From NCBI GenBank assembly GCA_000437895.1, contig FR902135.1:25925-89924 (forward strand): a stretch of 64,000 nt of DNA, written 5' to 3'. The stretch is from Clostridium sp. CAG:914. GTDB taxonomy: Bacteria; Bacillota_I; Bacilli_A; RF39; UBA660. Of the stretch, positions 29,175-38,840 are shown one piece after another. The translations under genes and the position numbers were made by a program. Every line of letters begins with the position of its first letter. Position 1 is the first letter of the stretch. The notes under the pieces were generated by a model. That model ran no database searches. It was not told where the DNA came from and worked only from the letters and a program-made list of their open reading frames with translations.

Positions 29175-31094
29175 GTGATACTTATAGATAATCATTCTCT
29201 TGAAGATTTAGTTGTAGTTAAGAGAAGTGGCCAGAGAGTGGAATTTAATTCTTTAAAGATTGCTGTTGCAATAAAGAATGCTTTTGATAGTACACCTTCG
29301 GATTATTCTAATAATGATATTAACAAAGTTTATGAAGATACATTATCATATATATATAATAATTATAAAGATAGAAAAACAATTAATGTTGAAGATATTC
29401 AAGATGTTATAGAATTGATACTTAAAAGGGATAATTATAATGATATATATGATAGCTTTTCTGGGTATCGTTTAAGAAGAAGTGAATCTAGAAAATCATT
29501 TGCTGTAAAACAACAGCATAAGTTTGTTAAAGCTATTGAAAAAATTGGTTGTGTAGATACGAGTAATTATAAGACTGGTGAAAATTTAGAAAAATTTGGA
29601 AGTATTATTTCTACAGAATATACAAAAGCTTATATATTAGATAATAAATATGTAAGAGCGTTTGAAGAAGGTAAAATATATATACATAATTTTTCATATT
29701 TTCATTTAGGTTACTTTTCTAATACAAGTTTAGATATAAGAAAACTTGTAAATAGGGAAGAATGCTTGTTTGATATTCTTAATATTATGGAAAAATCTAA
29801 GGAAGAGATAAATGGAGAAGTTAGTATTAATAGTTTTGATGATATTCTTAGTAAATATTATATAGATAAGTTTAAAAAAATATTTATTAAAAAACTATTA
29901 GATAGTTTAAATTTATTTGGATTTATAGATTTAGTTAATATAAAGAAGATTGAGGATAGGATAAATAAAGAAGGGTCTATAATAATTATTCTTGATAACT
30001 ATAGAGATATATTTGTTAATGATATGTTATTTAATATATTAAAAGTGGTGTATGATGAATCTATTAAGGATGTTTTTGATTATATGTCACTTAATATTAA
30101 AAAAATAGTTATGTTATTAAATGATAGTTATAAAGAGAATAGTCTTTATAGTATATCCATTGGTAATAATAAAACTTATGAAGGTAATATTATTAAGAAT
30201 ATTATTCTTGATTTAGTAGATGAATTTGATTATTTAGAAAATATATGTGTTGTATATAAAGTATGTGAATTATCTGATATAGATAAGATAGTTAAATTAA
30301 TATATGAAGGTAAGAATATAAAATTAAATATATTGAATAAAGAAAATAATAATAATTATGATGTAGAATATTTTAGTGATGGTTGTAGAATATATGAAAA
30401 TATTTATTCTGAAAGTATATCTATAGGGAGAATGAATGTTGCTAATACTTCTATAAATATAGCTAGATTGGGTTTTATGCATAAAGCACTTAATAAGGAT
30501 TTTTATAATGATTTGGATAATTTGATTGAATTTACTAAGAATGAATTGCTTGTTGTATATGAAGATATTGGTAATAAGATTAAGAATAATTATAATTATT
30601 TATTTGATGGGAATATATTTGACGATGAGAAATTAGATTATGGTCAGAAGATAAGAAAAGTTATTAAGAATGGTACTTTAAATATAAATTTGGTTGGTTT
30701 GTATGAATGTGCATTAATGATAGATAAGGATAAATACTTAGAAATTATGTTAAAAATAATAAAATATATAAATAAAAAGATTATATTATTGTCTATAGAT
30801 AATAAACTTAATTTTACGCTTAGTGCTATTGTTAATGATGCTAATTATGAACTTATGGATTTGGATAAGGCTATATATGGTGTTATAAAGGGAATTAATG
30901 ATAATGATTTTTATAGGAATGCTATGGTTGATTGTAGTATTGAAGAATTAAATTTATATCAGAAAATGTTTAATGGTGGATGTATATTAGAAATTAGATT
31001 GAAAGATAAATTTAGTTTAGAAAAAATAAGAGAAAGTATTATAGAACTAGTTGATAATTATGTAGGACTTGTTTATATTAAGGAGTATGTATGA
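29175..31094 (+). CDS. ATP-cone protein, degenerate NrdD paralog (no glycyl-radical or Zn-ribbon motifs)
   Basis: GTG start. ATP-cone VVVKRSGQRVEFNSLKIAVAIKNAF. GKIYIHNFSYFHLGYFSNTSL aligns with ASIHIHDLSMLTGYCAGWSL of the downstream NrdD. The C-terminus lacks R..GY and the CxxC pairs. An ATGA overlap couples it to nrdG. Confidence 0.6.
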   Translation: MILIDNHSLEDLVVVKRSGQRVEFNSLKIAVAIKNAFDSTPSDYSNNDINKVYEDTLSYIYNNYKDRKTINVEDIQDVIELILKRDNYNDIYDSFSGYRLRRSESRKSFAVKQQHKFVKAIEKIGCVDTSNYKTGENLEKFGSIISTEYTKAYILDNKYVRAFEEGKIYIHNFSYFHLGYFSNTSLDIRKLVNREECLFDILNIMEKSKEEINGEVSINSFDDILSKYYIDKFKKIFIKKLLDSLNLFGFIDLVNIKKIEDRINKEGSIIIILDNYRDIFVNDMLFNILKVVYDESIKDVFDYMSLNIKKIVMLLNDSYKENSLYSISIGNNKTYEGNIIKNIILDLVDEFDYLENICVVYKVCELSDIDKIVKLIYEGKNIKLNILNKENNNNYDVEYFSDGCRIYENIYSESISIGRMNVANTSINIARLGFMHKALNKDFYNDLDNLIEFTKNELLVVYEDIGNKIKNNYNYLFDGNIFDDEKLDYGQKIRKVIKNGTLNINLVGLYECALMIDKDKYLEIMLKIIKYINKKIILLSIDNKLNFTLSAIVNDANYELMDLDKAIYGVIKGINDNDFYRNAMVDCSIEELNLYQKMFNGGCILEIRLKDKFSLEKIRESIIELVDNYVGLVYIKEYV

Positions 31095-31816
31095 ATATAG
31101 TAGGAATGCAAAAAGTAACATTATTAGATTATCCTGATAAGGTGGCAGCAATAATATTTACGGAGGGGTGTAATTTTAGATGTCCTTTTTGTCAGAATTC
31201 TAGTTTGATAGATAAGAATGTTGGAAATGAATATATTTCTTCGGAGGAAGTTTTGAAATATTTAGAGAAGAGAAAAGGAGTAATTGATGGTCTTGTTATA
31301 TCTGGTGGTGAACCTACTATGCAACATAATTTGAAGGATTTTATTAAAAAAGTTAAAGATATTGGTATGTTAGTTAAATTGGATACGAATGGTTTTAACT
31401 CAAAGATATTAAAAGAATTAATTGATGAGAATTTAGTTGATTATGTTGCAATGGATATAAAGAATGAGATGTGTAAATATAGTGTTACTTGTGGACTTAA
31501 TCAAATAAAAATAGATAATATTAAAGAAAGTATTCAATTGTTAGAGAATTCTTCAATTGATTATGAATTTAGGACTACTATTATGAAAGAATATCATGAT
31601 ATTGAGTCTATAAAAATGATTTTAAAATTGATAGGAGATAAACCTAAGTATTTTTTACAGAATTTTAGATTAAGTGAAAATGTTCTTGATAAAAATATTC
31701 ATGGTTTTACTATTGATGAACTTAAAAGTATTCAGAGAGATTTAAAGGAAAAATATCATAATGTTAAAATAAGAGATTTAATGAATGAAAATGAAGGAGA
31801 TAAAGTATATGTATAA
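31091..31816 (+). CDS. nrdG: Anaerobic ribonucleoside-triphosphate reductase activating protein (radical SAM)
   Basis: CNFRCPFCQN cluster motif and GLVISGGEP. Confidence 0.88.
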   Translation: MNIVGMQKVTLLDYPDKVAAIIFTEGCNFRCPFCQNSSLIDKNVGNEYISSEEVLKYLEKRKGVIDGLVISGGEPTMQHNLKDFIKKVKDIGMLVKLDTNGFNSKILKELIDENLVDYVAMDIKNEMCKYSVTCGLNQIKIDNIKESIQLLENSSIDYEFRTTIMKEYHDIESIKMILKLIGDKPKYFLQNFRLSENVLDKNIHGFTIDELKSIQRDLKEKYHNVKIRDLMNENEGDKVYV

Positions 31817-34145
31817 AGTAAGAAAAAGAGATGGCAAGATAGTAGCCTTTGATATTAAAAAAATATCTGAAGCTATCACTAAGGCTTTTGAGGCTGAAGA
31901 TAAAAATTATGATGAGAATATTATTGATTTTTTGGCTTTAAAAGTTACAGCAGAATTTGAATCTAAAGTTGTTGATAATATTGTAAACGTTGAAGATATT
32001 CAAGATGCTGTTGAATCTACACTTATTAAAGGGGGATATGCTGAAGTTGCTAAGGCGTATATCTTATATCGTAAATTACATGAGAAAATGCGTAATATGC
32101 AATCTACGGTATTAGATTATAAAGATGTTGTAAATAGTTATATAAATGTAACTGATTGGCGTGTTAAAGAAAATTCTACTGTTACTTATTCTGTAGGTGG
32201 CTTAATATTATCTAATTCTGGAGCTATTACAGCAAATTATTGGTTAAGTGAAGTTTATGATGAAGAAATTGCTAATGCTCATCGTGATGCAAGTATTCAT
32301 ATTCATGATTTATCTATGTTAACTGGATATTGTGCTGGTTGGAGTTTAAAACAATTAATTCAAGAGGGTTTAGGGGGGGTTCCTGGAAAAATAACTTCTA
32401 GTCCTGCTAAACATCTATCAACTTTATGTAATCAAATGGTAAACTTTTTAGGAATTATGCAAAATGAATGGGCTGGTGCACAAGCGTTTTCATCATTTGA
32501 TACATATTTGGCACCATTTGTTAAAAATGATAAATTATCTTATCATGATACTAAGCAATGTATTCAATCTTTTGTATATGGAGTTAATACACCTAGTAGA
32601 TGGGGAACTCAAGCACCGTTTACTAATATAACTTTAGATTGGGTTGTTCCTAATGATTTAGCAGAGTTAAATTGTATTGTTGGTGGTAAAGAAGTAGGTT
32701 TTAAGTATAAAGATTGTCAAAAAGAAATGGATATGATTAATAAAGCATTTCTTGAAATAATGATAGAGGGAGATGCTAATGGTAGAGGATTTCAATATCC
32801 TATTCCAACATATTCTATTACTAGAAATTTTGATTGGTCAGAGACAGAAAATAATAAGTTGTTATTTGAAATGACTGCTAAGTATGGTACACCATATTTC
32901 TCAAATTATATTAATTCTGATATGGAACCTTCTGATGTTAGAAGTATGTGTTGCCGTTTGAGACTTGATTTAAGAGAGTTAAGAAAGAAATCTGGAGGTT
33001 ATTTTGGAAGTGGTGAATCAACAGGTTCTGTTGGTGTAGTAACAATTAATATGCCTAGAATTGCTTATTTAGCTAAAGATGAAAAAGATTTTTATGATAG
33101 ATTAACTAAAATGATGGATATTGCCGCAAGAAGTTTGAAAGTAAAAAGAAATGTTATTACAAAATTATTGGATGAAGGATTATATCCATATACGAAGAGA
33201 TACTTAGGTACATTTAATAATCATTTTTCTACGATAGGGTTAGTTGGTATGAATGAAGCTTGTTTGAATGCTAAATGGTTAAAGGATGATTTGACTCATG
33301 AAGATGCCCAAGTATTTACAAAGAATGTTCTTAATTTTATGAGAGAAAAATTATCAGATTATCAAGAAGAATATGGAGATTTATATAATCTTGAAGCAAC
33401 ACCTGCTGAATCTACTAGTTACAGATTGGCTAAGAAGGATAAAGAAAAATATCCTGATATTATAACTGCTTCTAATGATGATACGCCATATTATACGAAT
33501 AGTTCTCATTTACCAGTAGGATTTACTTCTGATATATTTGAAGCTTTGGATATTCAAGATGAACTTCAAACGTTATATACTTCTGGTACTGTATTTCATG
33601 CTTTCTTAGGAGAAAGATTAGATGGTTGGAAGTCAGCTGCTAATTTAGTTAGAAAGATTGCGGAAAATTATAAATTACCTTATTATACATTATCACCAAC
33701 ATATTCAGTATGTAAAAATCATGGATATATTACTGGTGAAGTGTATAAATGTCCAAAGTGTGGATGTGATACGGAAGTTTATAGTAGGATTACTGGATAT
33801 TATAGACCAGTTAGAAACTGGAATGATGGTAAATCAAAAGAATTTTCTATGCGTAAAGTATATGACTTAAATTGTTCACATTTGCCTAAAGATAAGAAAT
33901 GTGAAAATGAAAATAAGATAATGTTATTTGGTACAAAAACTTGTCCTAATTGTAAGATGGCTATAAAACTTTTAGATAAAGCTAAAGTTGATTATAAATA
34001 TATTGATGCTGAAGAAAATGTTGATTTAACAAAAGAATATGGTGTTAAACAAGCACCAACGTTAGTTATATTAACTGATGGTAAACCTGAAAAAATTGCT
34101 AATTTATCTAATATTAAAAAACATATTGAAGAATTTAAAATATAG
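31809..34145 (+). CDS. nrdD: Anaerobic (class III) ribonucleoside-triphosphate reductase with a C-terminal CxxC redoxin domain
   Basis: ATP-cone, IHIHDL..YC.GWSL, MCCRLRLD loop, Zn-ribbon CKNHGY...CPKCG, and glycyl-radical motif SRITGYYRPV. It ends with FGTKTCPNCKMAIKLL...APTLVI, a glutaredoxin/NrdH-like fold. Start set at the ATG at 31809 after ggag. Confidence 0.92.
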   Translation: MYKVRKRDGKIVAFDIKKISEAITKAFEAEDKNYDENIIDFLALKVTAEFESKVVDNIVNVEDIQDAVESTLIKGGYAEVAKAYILYRKLHEKMRNMQSTVLDYKDVVNSYINVTDWRVKENSTVTYSVGGLILSNSGAITANYWLSEVYDEEIANAHRDASIHIHDLSMLTGYCAGWSLKQLIQEGLGGVPGKITSSPAKHLSTLCNQMVNFLGIMQNEWAGAQAFSSFDTYLAPFVKNDKLSYHDTKQCIQSFVYGVNTPSRWGTQAPFTNITLDWVVPNDLAELNCIVGGKEVGFKYKDCQKEMDMINKAFLEIMIEGDANGRGFQYPIPTYSITRNFDWSETENNKLLFEMTAKYGTPYFSNYINSDMEPSDVRSMCCRLRLDLRELRKKSGGYFGSGESTGSVGVVTINMPRIAYLAKDEKDFYDRLTKMMDIAARSLKVKRNVITKLLDEGLYPYTKRYLGTFNNHFSTIGLVGMNEACLNAKWLKDDLTHEDAQVFTKNVLNFMREKLSDYQEEYGDLYNLEATPAESTSYRLAKKDKEKYPDIITASNDDTPYYTNSSHLPVGFTSDIFEALDIQDELQTLYTSGTVFHAFLGERLDGWKSAANLVRKIAENYKLPYYTLSPTYSVCKNHGYITGEVYKCPKCGCDTEVYSRITGYYRPVRNWNDGKSKEFSMRKVYDLNCSHLPKDKKCENENKIMLFGTKTCPNCKMAIKLLDKAKVDYKYIDAEENVDLTKEYGVKQAPTLVILTDGKPEKIANLSNIKKHIEEFKI

Positions 34146-34152
34146 GTGAATT

Positions 34153-35046
34153 TTGTACGATTCTATTATAATTGGAGCTGGGCCTGCGGGAATGACGGCT
34201 GCTATATATTTAGCTAGAGCTAATAAAAAAGTGTTAATTATAGAAAAAGAAACTATTGGGGGACAAATATCTTCGTCCCCTTTAGTTGAAAATTATCCAG
34301 GTTATGAAGGTATATCTGGTTCTGTACTTGCTAATAATATGTATAATCAAGTTGATAAACTTGGTGTGGATATTGAATTAGATGAAGTTACTGATATAAT
34401 ACCCGGAGAATTACATACGGTTAAAACACTAGATAATGAATTTAAAGCACGAACAGTAATTATTGCTACTGGAGTAAAATATAGATTGTTAGGCTTAGAA
34501 AATGAAATTGAACTAATAGGAAATGGTATTCATTTTTGTGTTTCGTGTGATGGTGCATTTTATAAAGGTAAACATGTTGCTGTTGTTGGTGGTGGTAATA
34601 CAGGAATTATTAATGCCATTGCTTTAGCTGATATGTGTGAAAAAGTATATTTAATTCAAGATAAAGATAAATTAACAGGTGAAAAAATATTACAAGATAA
34701 GTTAAAACAAAAAGTTAATGTTGAAGTTATTACAAATAGTGTTGTTAGTAAAATTATTGGTGATGATAAATTAGAAAAAATTATTATCAAAAATGGTAAG
34801 AAAGAGAATGAAATTATAGTAGATGGAATGTTTATTTCTATTGGTCTTATGCCACAAAGTGATTTCTTGAAGGGAATAATAGATTTAGATAAATTTAACT
34901 ATGCTGTTTCTTTTGATACGAAAACTAAGATAGATGGAATATTTGTAGCTGGAGATATTAGAACTAAACCGTTTAGACAGATAACAACAGCTGTAAATGA
35001 TGGTACAACGTCAGCTTTATATGCTTTAGAATATTTAGATAATTAA
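34153..35046 (+). CDS. trxB: Thioredoxin-disulfide reductase
   Basis: TTG start. GAGPAGMTAAIY (FAD), CVSCDGAF redox-active CxxC, and GGGNTG (NADPH). Confidence 0.85.
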   Translation: MYDSIIIGAGPAGMTAAIYLARANKKVLIIEKETIGGQISSSPLVENYPGYEGISGSVLANNMYNQVDKLGVDIELDEVTDIIPGELHTVKTLDNEFKARTVIIATGVKYRLLGLENEIELIGNGIHFCVSCDGAFYKGKHVAVVGGGNTGIINAIALADMCEKVYLIQDKDKLTGEKILQDKLKQKVNVEVITNSVVSKIIGDDKLEKIIIKNGKKENEIIVDGMFISIGLMPQSDFLKGIIDLDKFNYAVSFDTKTKIDGIFVAGDIRTKPFRQITTAVNDGTTSALYALEYLDN

Positions 35047-35047
35047 A

Positions 35048-35109
35048 ACAGGAAAAGTCCTGTTTTTGTTAAGAAAAACTATTAACAAGTAATCTTGTTA
35101 ATAGTTTTT
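35048..35109. terminator. Two hairpin terminators between convergent trxB and prsA
   Basis: acagga-aaag-tcctgt followed by tttt (35048-35067). Perfect 16-bp stem aaaaactattaacaag/cttgttaatagttttt (35074-35109). Confidence 0.7.
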
Positions 35110-35112
35110 AGA

Positions 35113-36234
35113 TTATTTATAATTACTGATATATTTATTATATTTTTCACCAAGATCTGTATCTTTAAATTCTAATTTTGCTTCTTTACGTAGATTAATT
35201 AATGCCTTTTGATATAGGTTACTATCATCATTTTTCTTTTCTTCTACAAGAATATTTATTATATCTTCTTTAACATCTTTTAATTCTGGTTTATCTTTTT
35301 GATCAATTTTATAAACAATATGGTAACCATATGAAGATAAGATAGGTGTTTTACTATATGTGTTTACTTCAAGGTTTTTCATTTCTTTTAAATATGCCGC
35401 ATCTAATGAAGCATTGAAAGCACGATATCCTAATTCTTCAGCAGTTATTTTGTCTTTATATTCTGTAATAACATCATCCCAAGAAGTACCTTTATTTAGT
35501 TTATCAATTATTTCATTTGCTAATTTTTTGGCATCTTCATCTGATAGTTCTTTTTCATTTTCTGATGTATCATCACTAGATACAGAAACTAAAATATGTT
35601 TACTGTTAACATCACCAAAAACTTCATTTTTATAATACTTTTCAATATCTTTATCACTAATTAAACTTTCAACATATTCATCATAATAAAGATTTCTTCT
35701 GTAGTCTAATTTTAGGTATTCAAGAAATTCTTTTTCACTCTTAAATCCATTATTTTCTAAGAATTGTTCTTTTGTAATATTTTGATATTGTTCATACATT
35801 GAATAGTAGTATTCAGCTGTTTGTTTAACACTATCATTCATTTCATTATCTTCTTTATATTTTTCATCTAGTATCATTTTATCTAAACTATTAATTAGAA
35901 TATTGATTGAGTAAGCATCTTTCATATCGTTATATAAATCATCAGCAGTATAAGTTTTATTGTTAACTGTTAAAATAGGTTGTGTACCATCTTTTAAAGT
36001 AGCAATTCTCTTTGGCCATATTATAATTACTACAATTACAGTAATAATTACACCAATTAGGAAGGCATAACATATTTTTCTGTTTGTATCATTGTCGTGA
36101 TTCAAATGTTTTATATCTGTAACCTTCTTTTTTGTTTCTTTTAAAGAAACTTCTTTTTTATTAATATTTTTTTCTTCTTTTTCTACTTTCTTTTTAGAAT
36201 TAGTAGTCTTGTCTTTCTTTGTGTTTTTTTCCAT
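35113..36234 (-). CDS. prsA: PrsA/SurA-like membrane-anchored parvulin peptidyl-prolyl isomerase
   Basis: N-terminal Lys-rich region plus a TM helix. Rotamase block SKHILVSV...SSYGYHIVYK. Confidence 0.75.
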   Translation of the reverse strand: MEKNTKKDKTTNSKKKVEKEEKNINKKEVSLKETKKKVTDIKHLNHDNDTNRKICYAFLIGVIITVIVVIIIWPKRIATLKDGTQPILTVNNKTYTADDLYNDMKDAYSINILINSLDKMILDEKYKEDNEMNDSVKQTAEYYYSMYEQYQNITKEQFLENNGFKSEKEFLEYLKLDYRRNLYYDEYVESLISDKDIEKYYKNEVFGDVNSKHILVSVSSDDTSENEKELSDEDAKKLANEIIDKLNKGTSWDDVITEYKDKITAEELGYRAFNASLDAAYLKEMKNLEVNTYSKTPILSSYGYHIVYKIDQKDKPELKDVKEDIINILVEEKKNDDSNLYQKALINLRKEAKLEFKDTDLGEKYNKYISNYK

Positions 36235-36364
36235 TATATCTTCCTTTCTAAAAATTACATTAATATTCTAGCAAAAAATAGACTAAAAAACAATACATTA
36301 TACAAAAAATAGACAATAATCATAACTCTATAAATTAAATTAAATTAATTATTTATAAAGAAGA

Positions 36365-36392
36365 ACCTTTTAAATAATATTGCCATACAATA
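36365..36392 (+). promoter_or_regulatory. Possible mother-cell-type (sigma-K/E-like) promoter
   Basis: AC (36365-36366), 17 nt, then CATACAATA (36384-36392). This matches AC-N16/17-CATAnnnTA and lies ~35 nt upstream of the tiny ORFs. Confidence 0.25.
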
Positions 36393-36426
36393 ATTTAGAA
36401 AAGAATAAAAAGGAGGAGTGTTTAAT

Positions 36427-36507
36427 ATGGGAAATTGTGGTTCTTCTGCTGCTATTGTTTTAGTGCTATTTATCTTATTAATAATCATACTTGGTGCTTG
36501 GATATAG
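36427..36507 (+). CDS. Tiny TM protein, YjcZ-like (not in the ORF track)
   Basis: 26 aa, MGNCGSSAAIVLVLFILLIIILGAWI, with RBS aaaggagg at 36409-36416. Resembles the tiny Gly/Ser-head plus ALIVVLFILLIIVGA family of Bacillus sporulation peptides. Confidence 0.55.
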   Translation: MGNCGSSAAIVLVLFILLIIILGAWI

Positions 36508-36524
36508 AATAGGAGGTTTTAAAT

Positions 36525-36629
36525 ATGTCATCTTGTAATAATAGATGTAGTAGTGGTAACGGGTTTTTAATTGTAATTGTTCTTTATATATTATTAGCTA
36601 TTATAATTGGATCTTGTTGCTTTTTTTAA
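36525..36629 (+). CDS. Tiny TM protein, YjcZ-like paralog (not in the ORF track)
   Basis: 34 aa, MSSCNNRCSSGNGFLIVIVLYILLAIIIGSCCFF, with RBS aggagg at 36511-36516. Confidence 0.5.
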   Translation: MSSCNNRCSSGNGFLIVIVLYILLAIIIGSCCFF

Positions 36630-36631
36630 AA

Positions 36632-36662
36632 AGAGGTTTCACCGTTGGTGAACTCTTTTTTC
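36632..36662 (+). terminator. Rho-independent terminator after the tiny ORF pair
   Basis: Imperfect stem agaggtttcacc/ggtgaactct followed by tttttt. Confidence 0.45.
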
Positions 36663-36748
36663 TTTACTTTTTGTTTGTTGTATGTTATTATATTTCATCG
36701 ATTAGTGAGACATTATATTTTGTCTTAATTTTGAGAGGAATTATAATT

Positions 36749-37357
36749 ATGAAAGATATCTTTGACTTTATTAATGATGAAGATGTAGAAAAGAAATTAA
36801 AAGAATTAATGTATCGTGAAATACCTATAGAAGTTATTATAGAAGAAAATTTTATAAATGGAAGACGTTTGCCTGGATATGGTATATATTATAGTTTTTT
36901 TGATTATATGATAAATAAGGGATTTTCTTTTGATGGTAATGTTATAGAAGTTGGGACTGGGTATTTTCCTATATTTTCTAGATATATTGAGCAATATCAA
37001 AATGAAAGGGGTTTAAGTGGTGCTATTTCTGTATATGATCCTAAGTTAATAGAAACTCTACCTTCTAGGATAGAATATCATAAAGAACAATTTACAGAAG
37101 AAACTGATGTTTCTAGATGTAGTCTTCTTGTTGGAGTTTATCCTTGTAGTTGTACTATGACTGTTGTTAAGAGTGCTTTAAAAAATGATATACCATTTGG
37201 GATTATTATATGTAGATGTAATAATTATAAAGAAATAGATGAAATAAAGAAATTAACAGAATCTATGTCTGGAACGTGTGATGTTTTTGGATTGGGAAGT
37301 GATTATGTTCCTGTAGTTACGTATAATCCATATGTTAAAAAAAGAGTAAGAATATAA
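36749..37357 (+). CDS. Hypothetical Cys-containing cytoplasmic protein
   Basis: 202 aa from the ATG at 36749 (RBS gagagga). The track's N-terminal extension from 36614 runs through the terminator. Contains VIEVGTGYFP, a Rossmann-like motif. Confidence 0.5.
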   Translation: MKDIFDFINDEDVEKKLKELMYREIPIEVIIEENFINGRRLPGYGIYYSFFDYMINKGFSFDGNVIEVGTGYFPIFSRYIEQYQNERGLSGAISVYDPKLIETLPSRIEYHKEQFTEETDVSRCSLLVGVYPCSCTMTVVKSALKNDIPFGIIICRCNNYKEIDEIKKLTESMSGTCDVFGLGSDYVPVVTYNPYVKKRVRI

Positions 37358-37394
37358 CAATTATTTAGAAATATATTTATAGTAGGGTGATACT

Positions 37395-38144
37395 ATGAAA
37401 TGGAAAAAAGAGAATAAAATATTAAGTTTATTTATTATTCTCTTTTTATTTTGTCAAGTATTTTTTGGGATAAAAAATGGTAATGTTGATGATGTTATAT
37501 TATATGATGAGGTATTTCCTTTGGATAGTAAAATTATATATTTGACTTTTGATGATGGACCTGGAATGTATACAAAGAGGATATTGGATGTTTTAGAAGA
37601 ATATAATGTAAAGGCAACATTTTTTGTGACTAATCAATTTCCTAAATATGAATATCTAATAAAAAATGAATATGAGATGGGGCATGTTATAGGAGTACAT
37701 ACATATAGTCATAATTATAAAAAAATATATTCTTCTTTTGAAAATTATATTGATGATGTTAATAAAATGAATGAAATTATTAAAAAATATACGGGTAATT
37801 TTTCTAATATACTTAGATTTCCTGGTGGTAGTTCAAATACGATAAGTAGAAAGTATAAAAGGGGAATTATGACGGAGTTAACTCGTGAAGTGTCTAATTT
37901 GGGTTATACATATTTTGATTGGAATGTGGCTTCAGGAGATGTTAATGGTTATGGTAAAAATAGGATATATAAAAGAATAATTAAATCTTTAAATGATAAA
38001 CCTACAATTATTCTTATGCATGATACTAAATATAATACTTTGAAGGTTTTACCTGAAATAATTACATATGCTAAACAAAATGGTTATAGATTTGAAGTGC
38101 TTAGTGAGAATAGTTATAATATTCATTTTAAGCTAAGAAATTAA
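37395..38144 (+). CDS. Polysaccharide deacetylase (NodB homology domain)
   Basis: [20 protein letters not shown] and ILMHD. Confidence 0.85.
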   Translation: MKWKKENKILSLFIILFLFCQVFFGIKNGNVDDVILYDEVFPLDSKIIYLTFDDGPGMYTKRILDVLEEYNVKATFFVTNQFPKYEYLIKNEYEMGHVIGVHTYSHNYKKIYSSFENYIDDVNKMNEIIKKYTGNFSNILRFPGGSSNTISRKYKRGIMTELTREVSNLGYTYFDWNVASGDVNGYGKNRIYKRIIKSLNDKPTIILMHDTKYNTLKVLPEIITYAKQNGYRFEVLSENSYNIHFKLRN

Positions 38145-38719
38145 TTATTTGTAGTTATAATTTTATCAATGATACCATATTCTAAGGCTTCTTGACTATT
38201 CATATAATAATCCCTATCTGTATCTTTTTCTATTTCAGATAGTTTTTTATTAGTTTTTTCTGATAGTATTTGATTTAATTTGTTTTTTAATTTTATAATT
38301 CTTTCAGCTACTATTTTTATTTCTGTTGCTTGTCCTTGTACTCCTCCTAGAGGTTGATGAATCATTACTTCACTATTTGGTAGGCAATATCTTTTTCCAC
38401 TTTTTCCACACGCAAGTAAAAATGCAGCCATAGATGCAGCCATTCCTATACATATGGTAGAAACATCACTTTTAATATAGTTCATAGTGTCAAATATTGC
38501 CATTCCTGCAGAAACACTACCACCAGGAGAGTTGATATATAGACTAATATCATCATTGTTAATGCTATCTAGATAGAGAAGTTCTGCTATAACAATATTG
38601 GCTGTATTATCATCAATTTCTCCACTTAATAAAATAATTCTATTTTTTAAAATTCTAGAGAATATATCATAGGCTCTTTCTCCTTGATTACTTTTTTCAA
38701 TTACTGTTGGAATTAACAT
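38141..38719 (-). CDS. clpP: ATP-dependent Clp protease proteolytic subunit
   Basis: [22 protein letters not shown] and [11 protein letters not shown] (catalytic Ser); His in MIHQPLGG. Confidence 0.95.
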   Translation of the reverse strand: MLIPTVIEKSNQGERAYDIFSRILKNRIILLSGEIDDNTANIVIAELLYLDSINNDDISLYINSPGGSVSAGMAIFDTMNYIKSDVSTICIGMAASMAAFLLACGKSGKRYCLPNSEVMIHQPLGGVQGQATEIKIVAERIIKLKNKLNQILSEKTNKKLSEIEKDTDRDYYMNSQEALEYGIIDKIITTNN

Positions 38720-38840
38720 TATATCACCTATAAATATTATATATTGTTTTTTTAATATGATATTATTTATTGACCGACAAAAAATTTAATATGGTGTAGA
38801 TTAATAATATTATTTTTGATATAATTATAAAGAGGTAAAT

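Noticed and set aside
28990-29175. Looked for NrdR boxes or a cobalamin riboswitch upstream of the nrd operon.
   Set aside because: I found no 16-bp acaC.AtATaT.Gtgt-like palindromes, and the region is too short and AT-rich for a B12 element. Only a terminator-like hairpin and a promoter are apparent.
33658-33870. Plus-strand 70-aa ORF inside nrdD.
   Set aside because: It is an alternate frame across the Zn-ribbon and glycyl-radical region of nrdD.
35360-35635. Plus-strand ORF antisense to prsA. Similar cases: 36806-37000(-), 43388-43579(-), 46035-46244(-), 46860-47102(-), 47401-47616(-), 50436-50618(+), 57367-57627(+), 59709-60851(+, three ORFs) and 63307-63507(-).
   Set aside because: All overlap better-supported genes or pseudogene remnants on the opposite strand and lack RBS or motif support.
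36614-36748. N-terminal 45-aa extension of track ORF 36614-37357.
   Set aside because: It starts inside the second tiny ORF and reads through its terminator hairpin. An internal ATG at 36749 with RBS gagagga is a better start.
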